Origin: Octopus bimaculoides | Taxonomy: Eukaryota | DNA: 35,833 nt | Reading direction: 5' to 3' | Assembly: GCF_001194135.2 (NCBI RefSeq) | Contig: NC_068997.1 | Coordinates: forward strand, 32,219,876 to 32,255,708 | Shown: positions 33,476-35,833 of the stretch, in pieces | Numbering within the stretch: position 1 is the first letter of the stretch | How the letters are laid out: each line of letters starts with the position of its first letter | Position numbers and translations under genes: made by a program | The notes under the pieces: generated by a model | Told to the model about the DNA's origin: nothing | The model's database searches: none | What the model saw: only the letters and a program-made list of their open reading frames with translations

Positions 33476-33804
33476 TCCAAGATCTACGAGTACGAACCAA
33501 CGAAGGAACCTGTATATGGTCATCCGAACAGTTAGAAATACCAGCTAAATCCACCCTCATGTCACTTCCTGTTATTCGAAAAATAAACCCATTGATGTCA
33601 ATCGATAGGTTTGCTGAATTTTGACTGACTTTGAGTTAAACAACAACAATATTAATATTAAACTGTAGGGTGCAATTTTAGACAAATTTGGCTGCTATTT
33701 GTAGCAGGTCAATTGAGTACATTAAACATTTAAGGACTCACTATAGTTGTAGACAACACCCGAAACAGATTGGGAGAACAAGAGAAGAATGCCTTCGATC
33801 GTTG

Positions 33805-33952
33805 GAGCAGACATGGCCATGTGGATAAGGGATTTGGTTCTCACTCATGTGATGCGATGTTCGATCTCACACCGTGGCCATTTATGTACGTGTTGGCCAA
33901 TAATTCTTAATTGGAATTCCGTACACGAAAACCGCTCGTAAGACCGTCGTAT
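33805..33952 (+). mobile_element. SINE family A-like head fragment, degenerate
   Basis: catggccatgtggataag..gttcgatctc..gtggccattt..gaaaacc..gaccgtcgtata. Confidence 0.5.
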
Positions 33953-33956
33953 AACC

Positions 33957-34503
33957 TATATGGGTACAGGATGTCACCAACAGTAAACAACATGAAATAC
34001 AAAAACGAGAGTTCAATACACAAACAACGAGAGAAACAAATAGAAAACAGGACAAGTAACTAAAGAACGACCCTTCATCAGTTGCCGGCTGTCTATCTAC
34101 TCATTTCGAGCATTCAACGACAATATGAGTTTTCGAAGACATTTGCCCCCATAAGTACCAAAATAAATTTTGGGATTTATGAAGGGTCAAATTTGGGAAC
34201 AAAAACAGGACAGTGGACACATACAAGGAAATCGAACGAAAACGAACATGGAGGGTCGTTAGACTAGAACGAGGGGAAAATAGTGAACGCTGGGAGAAAT
34301 ATTTTCTTCGAAAAGAGAAGAGAGGAAACGTCCAGTCCTTAGAACGTCCGTGTAGGGGAAAAAAAAAGATGGTCACGCATGAGCGACGAGAGAGAGAAAA
34401 AGAGAAAGGTTGAAAGAGAGACAGATAGAAGACGGTGAAAGGGAGAAAAAGGGAATAGAGAAGTATGAGGAGAAAACAGTATAGAGTCGCATCAAAAAGG
34501 TTA
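33957..34503 (-). mobile_element. Unclassified dispersed repeat (possible Penelope-like pLTR-type), left member of an inverted pair
   Basis: 34245-34503 is the diverged reverse complement of 35056-35311. Its other end (gtatttcatgttgttt..gacatcctgtacccatata on the minus strand) matches 28475-28520. Confidence 0.6.
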
Positions 34504-34545
34504 CTCTGTCTTGTACCCATATATGCATATATATGTGTGTGTGTG

Positions 34546-34661
34546 TCTTCTTCTTCTTCTTCTTCTTCTTCTTCTTCTTCTTCTCCTTCTTCTTCTTCTT
34601 CTTCTTCTTCTTCTTCTTCTTCTTCTTCTTCTTCTTCTTCTTCTTCTTCTTCTTCTTCTTC
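34546..34661. repeat. (CTT)n microsatellite
   Basis: Direct reading. Confidence 0.97.
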
Positions 34662-35055
34662 ACCTCCTTTCTCTACTACTACTGCTGCATAAACAATCGA
34701 AGACAAGAATTCAAATCAAACTAGCTGCTGCTAACTACCAAGAACCGGCAAGAGTAAAAATGAGAGACAGAGACAGGCAGTAAAAAGGAAAATGTCCCTT
34801 GCATTTGAAAGCCATGGAAATATATTTAAAAAAAAAACATTTCATTTAATTTTTCCACAATTTAATTGTTTTTCATACTTTACTCTAAGTTGAAAAAGTC
34901 GCAATGACTGAAACCAAAATGTTCTTCATGATAAAATTATTTTAGCATTTTCTACCTTGTCTTATTTTCCTTATATACACACATATATATATATATATTA
35001 TTTATATTATTACTTAATTGAATGCCATGCATCCATTTCCAAGTAAGCTTATCTT

Positions 35056-35613
35056 AACCTTTTTGATGTGACTCTACTCTATACTCCTCCCCACCCATCC
35101 TTCTCTAATTCCCTTTTCTCCCCTTCACCGTCTTCTATCTGTCTCTCCACTTCTTTCTCTTTTTCTTTCTCGTTGCTCACACGTGACCATCGTCCATCTT
35201 TTCCTCACGTGAACATCTTTCTCTTCCTTCTCTCTTTTCTCTTTTCGAAAAAGATATTTCTCTCAGCGTTCACTATTTTCCCCTCGTTCTGGTCTAACAA
35301 CCCTCCATGTTTTGTACCCATATATGCGTCTCGTTCCGCTTCCTTCTGTTGTCCTGGCTTCTACTACACTGCTATACACATATCTCTCTCTCTTCCTCCT
35401 TGTTCCACTTCCCCTCCCTACCATCCTCTCTCTTTCTCTATCTTTCTAACTATCCCTCTATTTATCTACCTATCTATCTTTCTTCTCACCCATCTCCCCC
35501 TCTCGCTCTGCTCCCTTCTGTTGTCGTGGCCTCTACTTCACTGCTATACATTGCTGTCTCTTCCTCCTTGTTCCACTTCCTCCCTCTACCATCCTCTCTG
35601 CTCACGCGTGACC
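35056..35613 (+). mobile_element. Same unclassified repeat, right member of the inverted pair, followed by an internal ~87-bp direct duplication
   Basis: aacctttttgatg..cttcaccgtcttctatctgtctct..cagcgttcactattttcccctcgttct..ccctccatgt matches the reverse complement of the left copy. Duplicated units lie at 35342-35431 and 35514-35599. Confidence 0.65.
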
Positions 35614-35833
35614 TGTGGTGAACTCTCTTTTCATTCCAGCCACTATGAAGGCGAGACGAACTGCTAGCGTTCTACATCAAATTCGCGTTTGGCCGTACGG
35701 CATTTTAATGTTGTTTTCACTGTCCAATTTTTCCTGTCTTGGTTTGTGTTTGCCACCTTGGAATCCTCTGCTTAGTGGGTCGATCCACTACTCAGGAAGA
35801 GACTATTCTAGAGTACGTTATGCCTTATCTTCG

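Noticed and set aside
33347-33549. Thr-rich (mucin-like) and Pro-rich (formin-like) frames
   Set aside because: They derive from a cryptic (ACC)n repeat, run into a family D repeat fragment, and lack splice or start context.
34101-34783. Poly-E/K/S/L/F ORFs
   Set aside because: They are reading frames of the (CTT)n microsatellite.

Overview
AT-rich, repeat-saturated eukaryotic DNA with five N-gaps and very dense di-, tri- and tetranucleotide microsatellites. The repeat families match what I recall of octopus (coleoid cephalopod) genomes; this assignment is inferred and not database-checked. I find no intact protein-coding gene, tRNA or rRNA, and nearly all long ORFs in the track are microsatellite or N artefacts. 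The window is intergenic or intronic and is built from: (i) two abundant tRNA-head SINE families (called A and B here) and a third dispersed repeat (D); (ii) MITEs, namely three mariner-type copies with TA ends, three hAT/Buster-type copies with 8-bp NNNTANNN TSDs, and two GC-ended copies; (iii) decayed transposase or retrotransposon relics (two tandem hAT Buster/Charlie-like fragments, a DD37D maT-like fragment, an RTE-like LINE, two R4/Dong-like RLE fragments, a possible FLYWCH fragment); (iv) a cryptic ~27-32-bp satellite at several loci; (v) a microsatellite-associated repeat family present as an inverted pair, plus a possibly related nested fragment with a hammerhead-ribozyme-like core, suggestive of Penelope-like pLTRs. 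The best leads are the hammerhead-like core at 27155-27189, the inverted pair at 33957-35330, the cryptic satellite, a perfect 42-bp palindrome and the Buster MITE target-site pattern. Family names A, B and D are local labels, and protein-family assignments come from manual translation compared with remembered family motifs.
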